A program made the position numbers and the translations under genes. This document shows positions 49,596 to 61,612 of a stretch of DNA of 64,000 nucleotides, in pieces (position 1 is the first letter of the stretch; each line of letters starts with the position of its first letter). This DNA comes from Carcharhinus longimanus. Lineage: Eukaryota. The stretch is from assembly GCA_030264375.1 (NCBI GenBank), contig JASCQW010000032.1:4119376-4183375 (forward strand). Reading direction: 5' to 3'. The notes beneath the pieces were generated by a model. The model worked only from the letters and a program-made list of their open reading frames with translations, did no database searches and had not been told where the DNA came from.

Positions 49596-50959
49596 GTAAG
49601 TTTCATTTTTCTTGGACATATTTACTTTACATGCTGGAACATTTTCATTTGAATGTCTATGTTGTTTATATTGTCAATGCAAACAACCTGCAATTTATGC
49701 TTTTGGAATGCAATATCAAGCATGAATTGGATATTAAAGCTAACTTTACAGGGGTTTGACATATTACGTGTGCAGTGTACTTGCTATTTGTGGGTTGAAT
49801 GTAGATTCCGTGTTCTTTTAAGAATAGGGGAAATGGTAGTTTCAGCTCTTCCTTATCTCTTCTTTCCTTCTGTCTACCATCAGTGGCAAGGCTTTCAAAT
49901 ATCTTGACCTCACACTCTGGAACTCTTTCCCTAAGCATCACTCACTGTCTTTTTACTTCCATCTCTGCCTTCAAAAGTTTCCTCAGAAACTATTTCTTTA
50001 GCATTCCTATTGTTATCCACATAAATTCTTCTGCTACATTTGCATCAATTTTTGCCTCCGTAAATGATTTTGGACTTGTATTGGGCTGAAGGCATTAGGC
50101 AATTGCACGTTGTATATTTATATACAATCTGCAGGCAGATTGAAAAAGATAGTTTTATTTCTAGATTATATAATGACCACTTATTGCAACATATATTATT
50201 GATAATGCAAGCGAGTCTGTAGAAAACAAACTGGATCTTCAGGGTTATTCAATAATGTTTCAACATAGATTTGCAGAAGAAAAATTGAAATTGTCCACGA
50301 CTATACATTGTACATGTCACTTTGGTGAATTTGAAGTGGTTGTTAGCATTTTGAGTGTGTGCATTCTTATCCTTGCTGTGTTTTGCAAAAATTGAATAGG
50401 AATAAGAGCATTAAGTTGTCTTCTTTTAGGACTCGGTGTAAATGTGATTTATTGGAATTGTTTGTTTTGTTTCTCTGCCTGCGAAAGCATTGAAAATTTA
50501 TTCTGCACGTTTTTAAATGAGGTGAGGGACCTGAGGGGAATGAAACCTATTAGTAATTGTGTTTGGAGCAGATATTTTTAATACTGGCTGGATTTATCTA
50601 TGTTTACTTTTCAAAACAAATTGGATCTAATTTGGATAGTGCAACCTGATTATTTTTCAAAATGTGTATCTTGCTGCTAAATAGAGCTCAAAATATTATG
50701 ATGATAGTGTTTAAATGATTTTGCATTCATTGCAGGCTTACCTATACATATCAGATTTCAAGTTCTCTTTCAGTAGAAGTAATACCCTTGTAGAAATAAT
50801 AAGAGTATTTCCATTTTATCGTCATTGATTCCAGAGTTACTATGGATGCAATGACAGGACATATAGTTCTGCCTTTACTGATAATTAATAAATCTGTTTT
50901 CAAGAATCTCGCTGCTCAGCTTATTTCTGGATCTAATTGATGCGATCTCTTTAAAATTG

Positions 50960-51240
50960 GAAGTTTATTTATTAGTGTCACAACTAGGCTTACATTAACA
51001 CTGCAATGAAGTTAGTATGAAAATTCCCTCTTTGCCACACTCTGGAATCTGTTGGGTATACTGAGGGAGAATTTAGTATGACCAATGCACCTAACCAGCA
51101 CATCTTTCGAACTGTGGGAGGAAACCCACACAGACATGGGGAGAATGTGCAGGCTCCACACAGTCACCCAAACTGGGAATCGAACCCAGGTCCCTGGCGC
51201 TGTGAGGCAGCAGTGTTAACCACTGTGCCACCTTGCCACC
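50960..51240 (-). mobile_element. V-SINE-type SINE with alternative 3' tail
   Basis: Homologous to 3325-3615 along its length. Confidence 0.85.
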
Positions 51241-51809
51241 CCAGCAGAAAAATAAGCAAATGTTGCATTACAAGATCTGTTTTGTACTTTTATTTAAATT
51301 TCTGGTTGATGTTAATGACTGCCCTCTTAGCCAGTTTTTATTCTCTAGTCTCTGTGTCAGGACTAATTCATTCTGGATGTTTCATAGTCACTGAGTCAAA
51401 GGAAGCGTTAAAAGTAGTTATTGAAACATGGATGATAAAATTTATGTCCGTCAACTTGATGTGAAAATGAAACATAATATGTGACAAGTCTGTCACTCCT
51501 GAGCAATGTACAGCACATTTGTTGATACAATTTGGACCTGCTTGGGGTCTAGTCTAAAAGCAAATATAGAGCCATTTTGATGATTTTATTTGACAGCTGG
51601 GATGTGGCTCTTATCAACGTGTGGTTATAGGTTATAACAATTATGTGCTGACACTATGCAGTTAACCTAAGGGAAGAAAGAGAAACTCACCATTTGTTTT
51701 AGAAAGAATTATTACATCAAATGCTAACGTTTTTAATAACTTTTCATTTAAGATACTATTCTGAATTATGGGCAAGATTACTTCAAAAATAGCATTGGAG
51801 AGAGTAAAG

Positions 51810-52145
51810 GAAATGACAGCAAAGGAACAGGTCCTTTGGCCCTCCAAACCTGCACCAACCATGCTGCCCGACTGAACTAAAGCCCCATATCCTTCCAGGG
51901 ACCATATTCCTCTAGTCCCATCCTATTCATGTATTTGTCAAGCCGCCTCTTAAATGGTACTATTGTATTTCCAGGGACCCATCATCTGTGTGAAAAAAAA
52001 ACTTGCCTTGTACATTTTCTTTAAACCTTGCCCCTAGTACCTTAAACCTATGCCCCCTTATAATTGACTCTTCCACATTGGGAAAAAGCTTCTGACTGTC
52101 CTCTCTGTCCGTGTCTCTCAGAATCTTGTATTCTTCTATCAGGTT
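51810..52145 (-). mobile_element. CR1 LINE 3' end
   Basis: ggaacaggtcctttggccctccaaacctgcacc tail; taccttaaacctatgcccc resembles reverse RGHRFKV. Confidence 0.7.
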
Positions 52146-53076
52146 ATGTTAGGATAAAAGTTTTCCATGCATAAATGTGCAAGTGGAATTTGAGCTGTAA
52201 CTGAATTTACCCAGTTTGTGCTCCAATAGCATGCCAACAAAAATTGTTGACCTGTTGATTCTTGCACTTACACAAACTGTACAAGAGTATTTGCAAACCC
52301 TGAAAAGCAAACTGACTAACATACAAAATTCTGAAATTAATGTCCCCAGTGGTGGCACTGAGCACACTAATTAGGACTAAATTTTGGGGACCAGTTTTTT
52401 GGCTGCAAAGAATTGTAATTAACCTGAATGTGTGGAATTCACTACCACAGAATGTAGTTGAGGGCAAAAGTTGTCTGATTTCGAGAAGAAATTAGATCTA
52501 GCTCTTGGGGCTAAAAGGATACGAGAGGAAGATCGTATTGTACATCAGAGCAGCAAGCTGCACATGCTTGTTGGGTATCCCCAGTTAGCTCAGTAAAGAC
52601 CATTTTAATTACAAGTTCCTTGAATGACTCTTGGATAGGCTTTGAAAGACAAGGGTTGACCTAGAATTGGGGGGGGTTAGTGACCAGGAAGGAGGAGAAG
52701 GTAGCAATCAGCAATGGGGATAACCTTTGTTTTAATGCAATCCTTCACCACCTCATTATATGTTTAGGCAAGTATTTTTACCTTTTTCAAAACAGGCTCA
52801 CAGTAGTCCCTTTTAATGAGTATTGCTTAAGCAATGTTGTTCTTGGTAGCTGAATTCAGAGCAACCAATTGTATAGGGAGAGTAAAGTAGACATCAGGCT
52901 TCTTATTGGTAGATGCAAAGATGCATGTTTGGGGCACAGGCCCTGGTGCCACTTACGATGCCGATACCAATGTTGCATGTGGACATCTGCCCCAGAATGA
53001 ATATGCATTGTCTGTACTGTTGGATACCTAAAAAGTAGGCTGGTCATCACTGATTTAACCTAATGTCATAAATGAC

Positions 53077-53172
53077 TGTTTTTTGGATAGTAAAAAGTCT
53101 GACTTTGTCAGACTTTTTACTGTGTTTACGCCAGTCCAACGCCGGCATACCCACATCATGTTTTTTGGATAG
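53077..53172 (+). mobile_element. Miniature Penelope-type insertion (53091-53158) with 5' inversion and 14-bp TSD
   Basis: Direct repeat tgttttttggatag at 53077-53090 and 53159-53172; hairpin agtaaaaagtctgac-ttt-gtcagactttttact; 3' end shared with 10940-10990. Confidence 0.75.
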
Positions 53173-53801
53173 CCAGAATTTGGACAATGTACCTGTAGTA
53201 ATAACAACAGAACAGGAGGAAGTGATTCAGGTAATGTTCCCTCCAGGCTGCAGGGTCAATGCAGCAACTTGAAAGTTCCTGCACAGTCAGCCTTTATAAA
53301 TTATTTCGCAAAAAACAAATCAACCACGCACTCGGAAAACAAATAGGGTGAGCGTTGCTGTCCCAGTCTTCAAGAGGTTGGTCATGCGTCTAATTGGGCT
53401 AGGCAAATAGAGATGCCATCGATCATGAAAGAATTATAGAACCCACTGGAAGTGATATCATATTTTTGGAATAATATGCTGTGACCTGCTACCCACTGGA
53501 AATCCTTGAATAACTTAAGTTATAATTCAAGCCTCCGACTGACACGTACAGTATGAAGGAACGGCTACATTACTGCAATGTTGGAAACTACAGTTTGTCT
53601 CCTTGTCTGTTTGCATATTTATACATTTCTCGCTCAAGCAGCTTTTTTGCTTAAGATTAAAAGTGCAGGTAACAAATGTTCGATTCCTTGTAACATTAAA
53701 AAAAAATCATTATTAAGTGACGAAATGCCACAAGATTAATTCAGCTAAAAGACAAAACGGTACTATTTGAATAAAAGCAAATTAGTTTTCCCAATTACCC
53801 T

Positions 53802-54020
53802 AAATACTGCAATGCTGGAAATCTAAAACAGAAACACAAAAAATCCTGGAAACGGTGGGTGGATCAGGCAGCAACATTAGTAAAGAAAGGAAGAAAGTTA
53901 ATGTTTGAGACTCAGTCCTTCAGGATTCTGATGAAAAGCTAAACCTGCAGTGTGAACATTCTTCCTTGCTTTATAAACTCTGCCCAATTTGCTGACTGGG
54001 ACTTTATTCTTATTTTTATT
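53802..54020. mobile_element. Decayed palindromic Penelope-associated repeat with a degenerate hammerhead-like core
   Basis: aaatactgcaatgctggaaatctaaaaca...tcaggcagca arm, central CTGATGA at 53928-53934, eroded mirror arm. Confidence 0.45.
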
Positions 54021-54203
54021 CTCCCTGTTGGTTCCTCAACATTCAACCAACACCATCACAAAAACAGCTTAACCCGTCATTTACTGTTTGCTATAATCAC
54101 ATCAGATGATGTGTGGGTAAGGTGGATTGGCAATGCTAAATTGCCCATTAATGTCAGGGTAAATGCGTGGGGTTATAGGGATAGGACCTGGGCAGGATTG
54201 TTA

Positions 54204-54374
54204 TAGAACATAGAACAGTACAGGCCCTTCAGCCCTCTATGTTGTGCTGAGCTATGTCTGAACCCACGATCAAGTTACCCACTCCCTATCGTTCTGGTGT
54301 GTTCCAAGTGCCAATCCAATAACCACTTGAAAGTTACCTAAAGTGTCCAACTCCACTATCACAGCAGACAGTGC
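54204..54374 (-). mobile_element. CR1 LINE 3' end ending at an assembly gap, preceded by a + strand V-SINE fragment (54105-54202)
   Basis: atagaacatagaacagtacaggcccttcagccc; same subfamily as 56871-57317. Confidence 0.75.
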
Positions 54375-55559
54375 NNNNNNNNNNNNNNNNNNNNNNNNNN
54401 NNNNNNNNNNNNNNNNNNNNNNNNNNNNNNNNNNNNNNNNNNNNNNNNNNNNNNNNNNNNNNNNNNNNNNNNNNGTGCAGGGCTTTCGCATATCATTCTA
54501 CCATTCATTTGTTTCTTAAATAAAATCATGTCTTCAACATAAGTACAATGCATTTTGACTCTTTGTATTTAGCTTAAGTCTGAGCCTCGAGAAGAAAGAG
54601 AGACACAGAGAACACGTGCAGTCAAAGAGGCTGCGATTCTGGCAGCCTGTGGAGAGGACAGAGACAGAGTGCCCTCCTTAGGTCGGATGAGCAGTACTGC
54701 AGATTGGGAGAGTCAGAACATCCTCCTGTGGTCTCTTGTAGCAAAACAGGCAGCAGCCAGTGAAACAGGCTGAAGAATGGCAGCAGGCAATTTTCATGGA
54801 AAGGATTTGGAAAGAGAAACAGAGGATAGTTTGATACAGGAAATGGCAACAGAACAGGGAAATTAATAAAGAAAATTTGTACATTAACAACAGGACTGAA
54901 TCAGATAATGGTGCAAGATAATCCGGGGCGGAGTGGAGGGGAAGAGATAGAGATGATCGAATTGGTAAGGTACCAACTTAATGCTGCAAGGCATTAAGGT
55001 ACCAACTTAATGCTGCTTTTGTTTATAGAACCTAGAGCATGCTCGAAGAAAGAAGACAACTAGCCACTTCAACCTAAGAGCTCTCCACCAGCAAGACAAT
55101 GGAAATTCACCAACATAGATGACAAGATGACATTTTGTACAGTGTCATTCAATGTGAAATATAATCGAAATTTGCTCGTTCAACGTTGACTGATATTCGA
55201 AACCTACGTAAAGGGAGAATTGTGGCAATTGTTCTCATGAATCTGTGTGTTAATTTTTTCCAAGTACTAATTATGTAGACGTTGGCTCAGACAGGACTAG
55301 CATCTCAGTTTTTCCTGAGGGAGATGCTGAATGATCTATCTTCCCCCGTCTTTAATATAGCCAATCCATCACCTAGCTTTATTTTACAGGAAGCAGACTA
55401 GAAACTGAAATGGATATTATATGTTGAGAAGAGAAAGGGGTCTGGAAGATACTTGGTCACAAGCCGGTGTCAGCATACAGTAAGTACAACCAGCCAAACA
55501 TGTGTGAGTCCACCTCATAATAATAGATCATGCAACATTCCGTATTGTTTTGAAGGAGA

Positions 55560-56300
55560 GCACACATACTTGACCTTTAATGGCAGTGATTAGATTTGTG
55601 GAAATAGGGCATATCCATGGCTACAAAAGGGATGAAAGAGGACATATTACCTTGGATATGTGGTCCCAATATGTCCATCATACTTGCAGCCTCCCCACTG
55701 AGAGAAGTCGACAAGGTCTAGTAGGACTTGACCACTACTTTGCTATAATGTTACCCCCATATGCGTATTCAAGATCCACAATCGAGATCAAAACTATTGT
55801 CTTGATGTTGAACAGGTAGCCAATGACACAGCTATGGCCCTCACTGCAATCAGTGATGAGATGGTTGCAATGCGCACTCTTGTGCTACAGAATCATATGG
55901 AGTTAGATTTTATCTTGGCAGTTCAGAAAGTTGCATCTATATACCTGACACTTAGGAAAACATAACCAATTTGGTCTTACACATTCGGAAGGAGGTGAAG
56001 AAACTTAAGCATCCACAACCTTAAGCAGTTGGTTCTCAGGCTGGTTGGGTTCCTTGGGGTTAGCTATCTTGCAGGGAGTCATACTCACCTGCATTGTGAT
56101 TCTGATAATAGTGGTAGTAGTGAATATGCTCAAATGCTGCTGTGCCCATTTAGTTAAGTCAACAGGAGGCATAGTGATGGCAGTTAGTGTAAGAAAGAAG
56201 AGAATCAGAGAGTCCAAACACTTAGTAAAGACCAAGATTAGTTACTTAGATACAAATAAGTGGCCTTATTTGGTACTTGGTCAGCAGCCAAAAGGGAGGA
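55560..56300 (+). pseudogene. env: Endogenous retrovirus env remnant (gamma-type envelope: SU C-terminus plus TM)
   Basis: FNGSD*ICGNRAYPWLQKG*KRTYYLGYVVP; heptad VANDTAMALTAISDEMVAMRTLV; immunosuppressive domain LQNHMELDFILA (55885-55920); SESCIYIPD; TM helix LAILQGVILTCIVILIIVVVVNMLKCCC; contains stops and frameshifts. Confidence 0.88.
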
Positions 56301-56850
56301 AATTGATGTAGGGAGCAAGAATAGGCTAATGAACACAACTATAGATTTAGGAACACTAACACAACACTAACTTTAGAATGAATGATCTTGGACTATGGGA
56401 ACTTAAGGCAGCCGGGGCTGTTGTTATAGAAGTCAGCTCTGTATGATTAACAAGTATTTTGAACTTAAAAGACACATTTGGAATTTACAAGATGGATGTA
56501 TTTTGCATTTGGTAACATCTTGTGAAATGTCAAGTCAGTCACCAGGCCCTGGTGGGAGAGGTGAGGAACAATAGATCTCCTGAAAAGCTGTAAAACTATC
56601 AGCCCAGGTTGAGAACAAGATGGCTACCAATGCTACCCTTATGACTAGGGTCATACAACTCAGGAGATAATGCAGGTGGTGAGCAGACATAAAGAATTTC
56701 TCAGAGTTAGATGAGACTCATGTGGGTTCAATTCAGTGGGAATCATTCTCCCATTTCACTGTCCAGCGTATTGAATTGCTAGGCAATTTAATAACAAATG
56801 CCATCCCATTAGGTCATGATGTGTGTTGTTATTGGCTGGAGTTAATGACA
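56290..56850 (+). mobile_element. Polypurine tract plus 3' LTR of the ERV
   Basis: PPT aaaagggaggaaa (56290-56302), TG at 56304, TATA-like cataaa ~56690, degenerate polyA aataac ~56790, GT-rich tract, ends ...gaca 56850 (end approximate). Confidence 0.7.
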
Positions 56851-56870
56851 GGATGATTATTGACTGACTT

Positions 56871-57317
56871 ATAGGAACAGAACAGTACAGGCCCTTCAGC
56901 TCTCGATGTTGTGCTGAGCTTCGTCCGAAACAAAGATCAAGTTATCCCACTCCCTATCATTCTGGTGTTCTCCATGTGCCTATCCCATAACCACTTGAAA
57001 GTTCCTAAAGTGTCCGACTGCACTATCACAGCAGGCAGTCCATTCCACATATCAGCCATTCTCTGAGTAAGTAATCTACCTCACATATCCCTCCTATATC
57101 TCCCACCATGAACCTTATAGTTATGTCCCCTAGTAACAGCTACATCTACCCAAGGAAATAGTCTCTGAACGTCCACTCTATCTATCCCCCTCATCATCTT
57201 ATAAACTTCTGTTAAGTCACCTCTCATCCTCCTCCGCTCTAAAGAGAAAAGCACCAGCTCCCTCAACCTTTACTCATAAGACCTATCCTCCAAACCAGGC
57301 AGCGTCCTGGTAAATCT
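56871..57317 (-). mobile_element. CR1 LINE 3' fragment
   Basis: ORF 57081..57266 LFSLERRRMRGDLTEVYKMMRGIDRVD...TRGHNYKV is the canonical CR1 ORF2 C-terminus. Confidence 0.92.
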
Positions 57318-57519
57318 GTCAGTGCAGGCTGGATTCTATATTTTAAAAAAAGGGGCCTGTTGCTTGTCAACTGTTTTGAGGCAGAGCTATGGGTAGAATA
57401 AGATAATATACAAATGCACATTATGTACTGCCTGGTATTAAGCTCAGATGTGAAATGCAGTCCTTGGGAGAAGATCTTGTACTGTTTATTTTTTAGTCAG
57501 CTTGAATTTTAACTCAGAA

Positions 57520-57800
57520 GTAGCAGACTTGGCTTTGAATGTAAAGGTCATGAGTTTAATCCCCATTCTAAAGATTTGCACATCTAATCTAGGCTGGCAG
57601 CAGCGAAAGTGCCTCACAATGTTGGAGGTGCTGTCTTTCAAATGAGACATTCGAACAAGGTCATGACTAACTTGTTAGGAGAATGCTAAAGAAATGGAAA
57701 AGACTGGTGTAATTGTTTTCTCCAACAGACCAAACACAACTTTCGTTATTCATTTGGATTCTGTGCTGGAAGTTCAATGTTCTGTTGCTGTGCAGAATGT
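57520..57800 (+). mobile_element. DeuSINE (SacSINE1-like), decayed
   Basis: tgttggaggtgctgtctttcaaatgagacatt Deu-domain-like core downstream of an eroded tRNA-like head. Confidence 0.55.
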
Positions 57801-58759
57801 TTTTTCCCTTTTGTTTTCACAATCCTTTGCTGCCTGACCCAAATAGCCAGTCTTCATATGTGAATCTGATTAGTGAGGACTAATAGGCAATTCAACGGTG
57901 AAACACAATTCTGGCCTTATGAAACACCCACATGCGTGAGCCTGCAGAAATTGTTGAATGGGAAACACAATCTTTTTTTCTGTAATTTTTACCATTTGAC
58001 CACTGCCTCAGTTGCTGCTCTGCATGATACAGTATCATATTGAACAGTGCATTTACCCACTAAACATTGACCTTCCCTGTGATATCGGTCTTTAAATTTA
58101 ACTTTTATTGGTTTAAAAAGTAGAAAGTCAGTTTGGATTTGTTGTTCTTCCTGTGCTCATTTATTCAGTGATGCAAACTGTTGACTCATTCAATACATTG
58201 GAGTTTTCTTACAGTAACATCGCACTGTATTACGTGGCTGACATTAGGAGATCTTGACAAAGTGTTTTGCTCTGTTTGATCTGTTGCTTGCATTCTGATT
58301 TTTATCTAGATAATCACTCAATAGGCAAACTGGTAGAATCACTTATAGTTGTGCCCAACTAATAGTTTGTGTAAGTTTGATGCTGACAGTATGCAGTCAT
58401 ACCAGGTTGGTGCAAAAGAATTTGCTGTATTTCAAAATCCACCAGATGGTGCTAATTAACTAACGTTTATGCGCTTTATGGCAAAATGGAGTTGTATGTT
58501 CAGATAAAACTGTTATCACCACTGAACATGTTGTTTTGATGCATGTTTAGAGAAGAATGAGTAATGTTATAAATAAGTGAGACAGTATTATGAGTTCCGA
58601 GTAGTCTACAGATTAACTAAAATATCAGGCCATATTCATCAGATGGTACCACAACAGTTTGGGGTATGGATATAGAGCAGGAATTTTATCCTGGGTTGAA
58701 TTACCAATCTCAGCCATGTGCCTTGGCATTGTGAGACCAATGAAAGTATGAGGAATTGA

Positions 58760-60390
58760 AATAACAGCAACTTGTATTTATATAGCAGAGTTAATATAGT
58801 AAAACATCCCAAGATGCTTAACTAGGGCACTGTCAAACAGAATTTGACTCCAAACTCCAGGTATTATCATGTTGGGGTACTTCCCTATCTTGAGCAAAGA
58901 GATCAGTTCTAAGGTGTTTTTAAAGGAGAAAGTATTATTAGGGAGGGAAATTCAGAACTTAGAGACTTGGCAGGTGACGGTGTAGCAATTAAAACCAGGG
59001 ATGCTCAGGGGCCAGAATTAGATGAGAATGAATATCATGGAGGGTTGTGTAGCTAGAGGAGATTACAGAGATGGGGAAAGCAAAACATTGTTGAACCAGG
59101 AGCCGGTTTAGATCAGCTGACATGGGAGTGGTGGACAAACAGGATTTGCTGCGGGTTCGCACACAAACAGCAGAGCTTTGGATGGTGTCAAGTTTACAGA
59201 GGTTGAAACTTGGAGGAACATGGTGGAATGGGTCAAGTCTAAGAATGACATAAATCAGAGTTTCAGTAACAGATGAGCTGAGGCAGGAATGGAGTCAGGT
59301 AATGTTATGAAGGTGGAATTAGGCGGTCTTAGTGATGGTGTGGTCGGAAACTCATCTCGGAATTAAATATGACACAAGGGTTCAGTCTGGTTCAGCCTCA
59401 CATGGTTGTCAGGAAAAGAAATGGAGTCTGTGGCCAGGGAGCAGAATTTGTGGCGGGACCTGAATTTCCTCCAGCTAAATACTTGGGAAGACTGAAGACA
59501 ATGTCTTCGGTCTTCCCAATATTTAGTTGAAGGAAATATTTACTTAAATAGTGTTGGATGTTGTATAAATCGTCAGATAGTTTAACAAGTTGGTGGATGT
59601 GATGAGGTGGAGCTGGGTGTCATTAGTTTATGTGTGATGTGTCTTTGGATGATACTGCTTAAGGACAACATAAATGAGGAATACGTGGGGTACAAAGATA
59701 GATCGTTGGGGCATATGATGGATAATGTNNNNNNNNNNAGAAATAAATACAGGTGGTTCTCTGGCTATGACTGGAGAGAAAAGAATGGAACCAAGCAAGT
59801 GTAATTCCACCCAGCTGGATGATGGTGCAGAGGCATTGGAGGAGGTTGACGTGATCAATTATGTGAGAGACTGCAAACAGATTGAAAAGGATGATGAGGG
59901 ATGACTTTGTCACAGCCTCAGGCTGTCATTTATGACTTTGAGAGCTGTCTTGGAAGCATGACAGAGGCAAAAACCTGATTAGAGGGACTTGAATGTGGAG
60001 TTCCAAGAAAGATGGACGTGGATTTGGGAGGCAACATGTAGAAGGACTTGGCAAGGGAAAGGAAAGTTGGAGATTGGGCAGCGGTATGCAAGGACGAGAG
60101 TGGGGCGGGGGGGGGAGGTGGTGGGTGGTGTGTGACAGCCATTGGTCACATCAATTAACATGGGAGCCAGGAAGGGAAGTTGGGTTGTCAGTGGGAGTAG
60201 AGTCCAGGGAACAAGAGGTGGAGGTTATGGACAAGGTGAGCTCAGAAAGTGCATGAGCAAGAAAGGAGAGAAACTTGGGAAAGATGCAAATTCAGTGCTA
60301 GGGCTGTGGGGAGCTTTACAGGAAGTTAGGTCCACTGAGCTCGGGGAAGAAAGGAGGTGGCAAATGATTTAGATGTTCTCAATCTTAGAG
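58760..60390 (-). mobile_element. L2-clade LINE, 3' 1.6 kb with RT remnant
   Basis: caacttgtatttatatagc L2-type 3' tail; reverse-strand PISNFPF, ILFNLFAVSHIIDH (cf. LLDLSAAFDTVDH), LAWFHSFLS, PQRSIFVP..FLIY. Confidence 0.85.
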
Positions 60391-60396
60391 ACAAGT

Positions 60397-60690
60397 CATA
60401 GAATCCCTACAGTAAAAAAGAGCTATTTGGCCCATCGAGTCTGTACCGACCACAATCCTACCCAGGCCCTATACCCGTAACACATCTACCTTGCCAATCC
60501 CCCTGACACTAAAGTCAGTTTATCATGGCCAGTCAACCTAACCTGCACATCTTTGGACTGTGAGAAGAAACTGGAGCACCCCTGGAGGAAACCCATGCAG
60601 ACACGGGGAGAAAGTGCAAACTCCATACAGACAGTGGCCAAGACCAGAATTGAACCTGGGTGCTATAAGGCAGTAGTGCTAACCACTGTG
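60397..60690 (-). mobile_element. HE1/V-SINE-type SINE
   Basis: catagaatccctacag tail, acctaacctgcacatctttggactgtg core, gcagtagtgctaaccactgtg head. Confidence 0.85.
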
Positions 60691-61346
60691 GAGGAGGCGG
60701 GCATGGGATTTAAGAAAATGGTTTGCAGTAGACAAAAAAAATCTGGGGCATCTTTACATTCCAGGATGATTCTGGATTAATTGGTTTTAACACAAGAACA
60801 CAAATAAGAGTAGGAGTAGGCCACATGGTCCATTGAGCCTGCTCTACCATTCAGTGAAATGTGTCAAATTATCCATTTGAAGCTTTGATACATTCCCCCA
60901 AAAGTGATATAATGTGATGATTACCTGTGTATAGATGATAAGGTTTAGATACTCTTTTGTAATATTCTATTTGAATACTTCGAATACTTTTTATTTAGAT
61001 ACACCAAATGATTCCATCATTATTGCAGTATTCATCTAGTAGATATTTGAAGTGGATTATTCAGCACTGGAACTAAGTTCTATGGTGGGGGCAGGAAGTC
61101 AGAGGGTTTCCTGTTGCTGAGTGTGGTGGGTAAACCTGCTGAATTGTGCCGTGTTCAGATCATTAATTACGCAGGTGCAACGTCCACTCAAATCTTGTGA
61201 TGAGTCGGTCAGGAAGTTGGCTGCCCCGCCAATTACCTTAGCTTCCNNNNNNNNNNNNNNNNNNNNNNNNNNNNNNNNNNNNNNNNNNNNNNNNNNNNNN
61301 NNNNNNNNNNNNNNNNNNNNNNNNNNNNNNNNNNNNNNNNNNNNNN

Positions 61347-61408
61347 TCCCTCCCTCTTTCCCCCCTCCCTCCCTCTTTTCCCCCTCCCTCCCTCTTTTCC
61401 CCCCTCCT
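61347..61408 (+). repeat. C/T-rich short tandem repeat at a gap edge
   Basis: (ctccctccctcttttcccc)-like units. Confidence 0.75.
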
Positions 61409-61516
61409 ATTTGAGGTTATTTTTATTTTAGTGAGTTTACCTAGTTTAGCATTAATCCATTACCTGAACGTTCTTACATATGTTCTTTATCTGTGCTTTT
61501 TTTAAATGCCACCCAG

Positions 61517-61612
61517 ACATTATGTATACTGGCTAATATTGCGGATGGAACAACTGCAAAGGACCTCATCATGACTAATGATGACATATTACAAAAAATT
61601 AAATACTACATG
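61517..61612 (+). CDS. ARMC8: ARMC8 exon (~19): [32 protein letters not shown]
   Basis: ccag acceptor, gtaagt donor; 96 nt. Confidence 0.97.

Noticed and set aside
54475-54640. Candidate 5' LTR end and primer-binding site of the ERV (AATAAA 54519-54524; tggcagcctgtgg)
   Set aside because: Shares only a short match (atcattct.ccatt) with the 3' LTR, and the TGG motif is not a convincing tRNA 3' complement; left unassigned.
54966-55016. 22-bp direct repeat taaggtaccaacttaatgctgc x2 (also aaatttacctgaat x2 at ~36627-36658)
   Set aside because: Only two units with a very short spacer in a eukaryotic intron; a local slippage duplication, not a CRISPR array.
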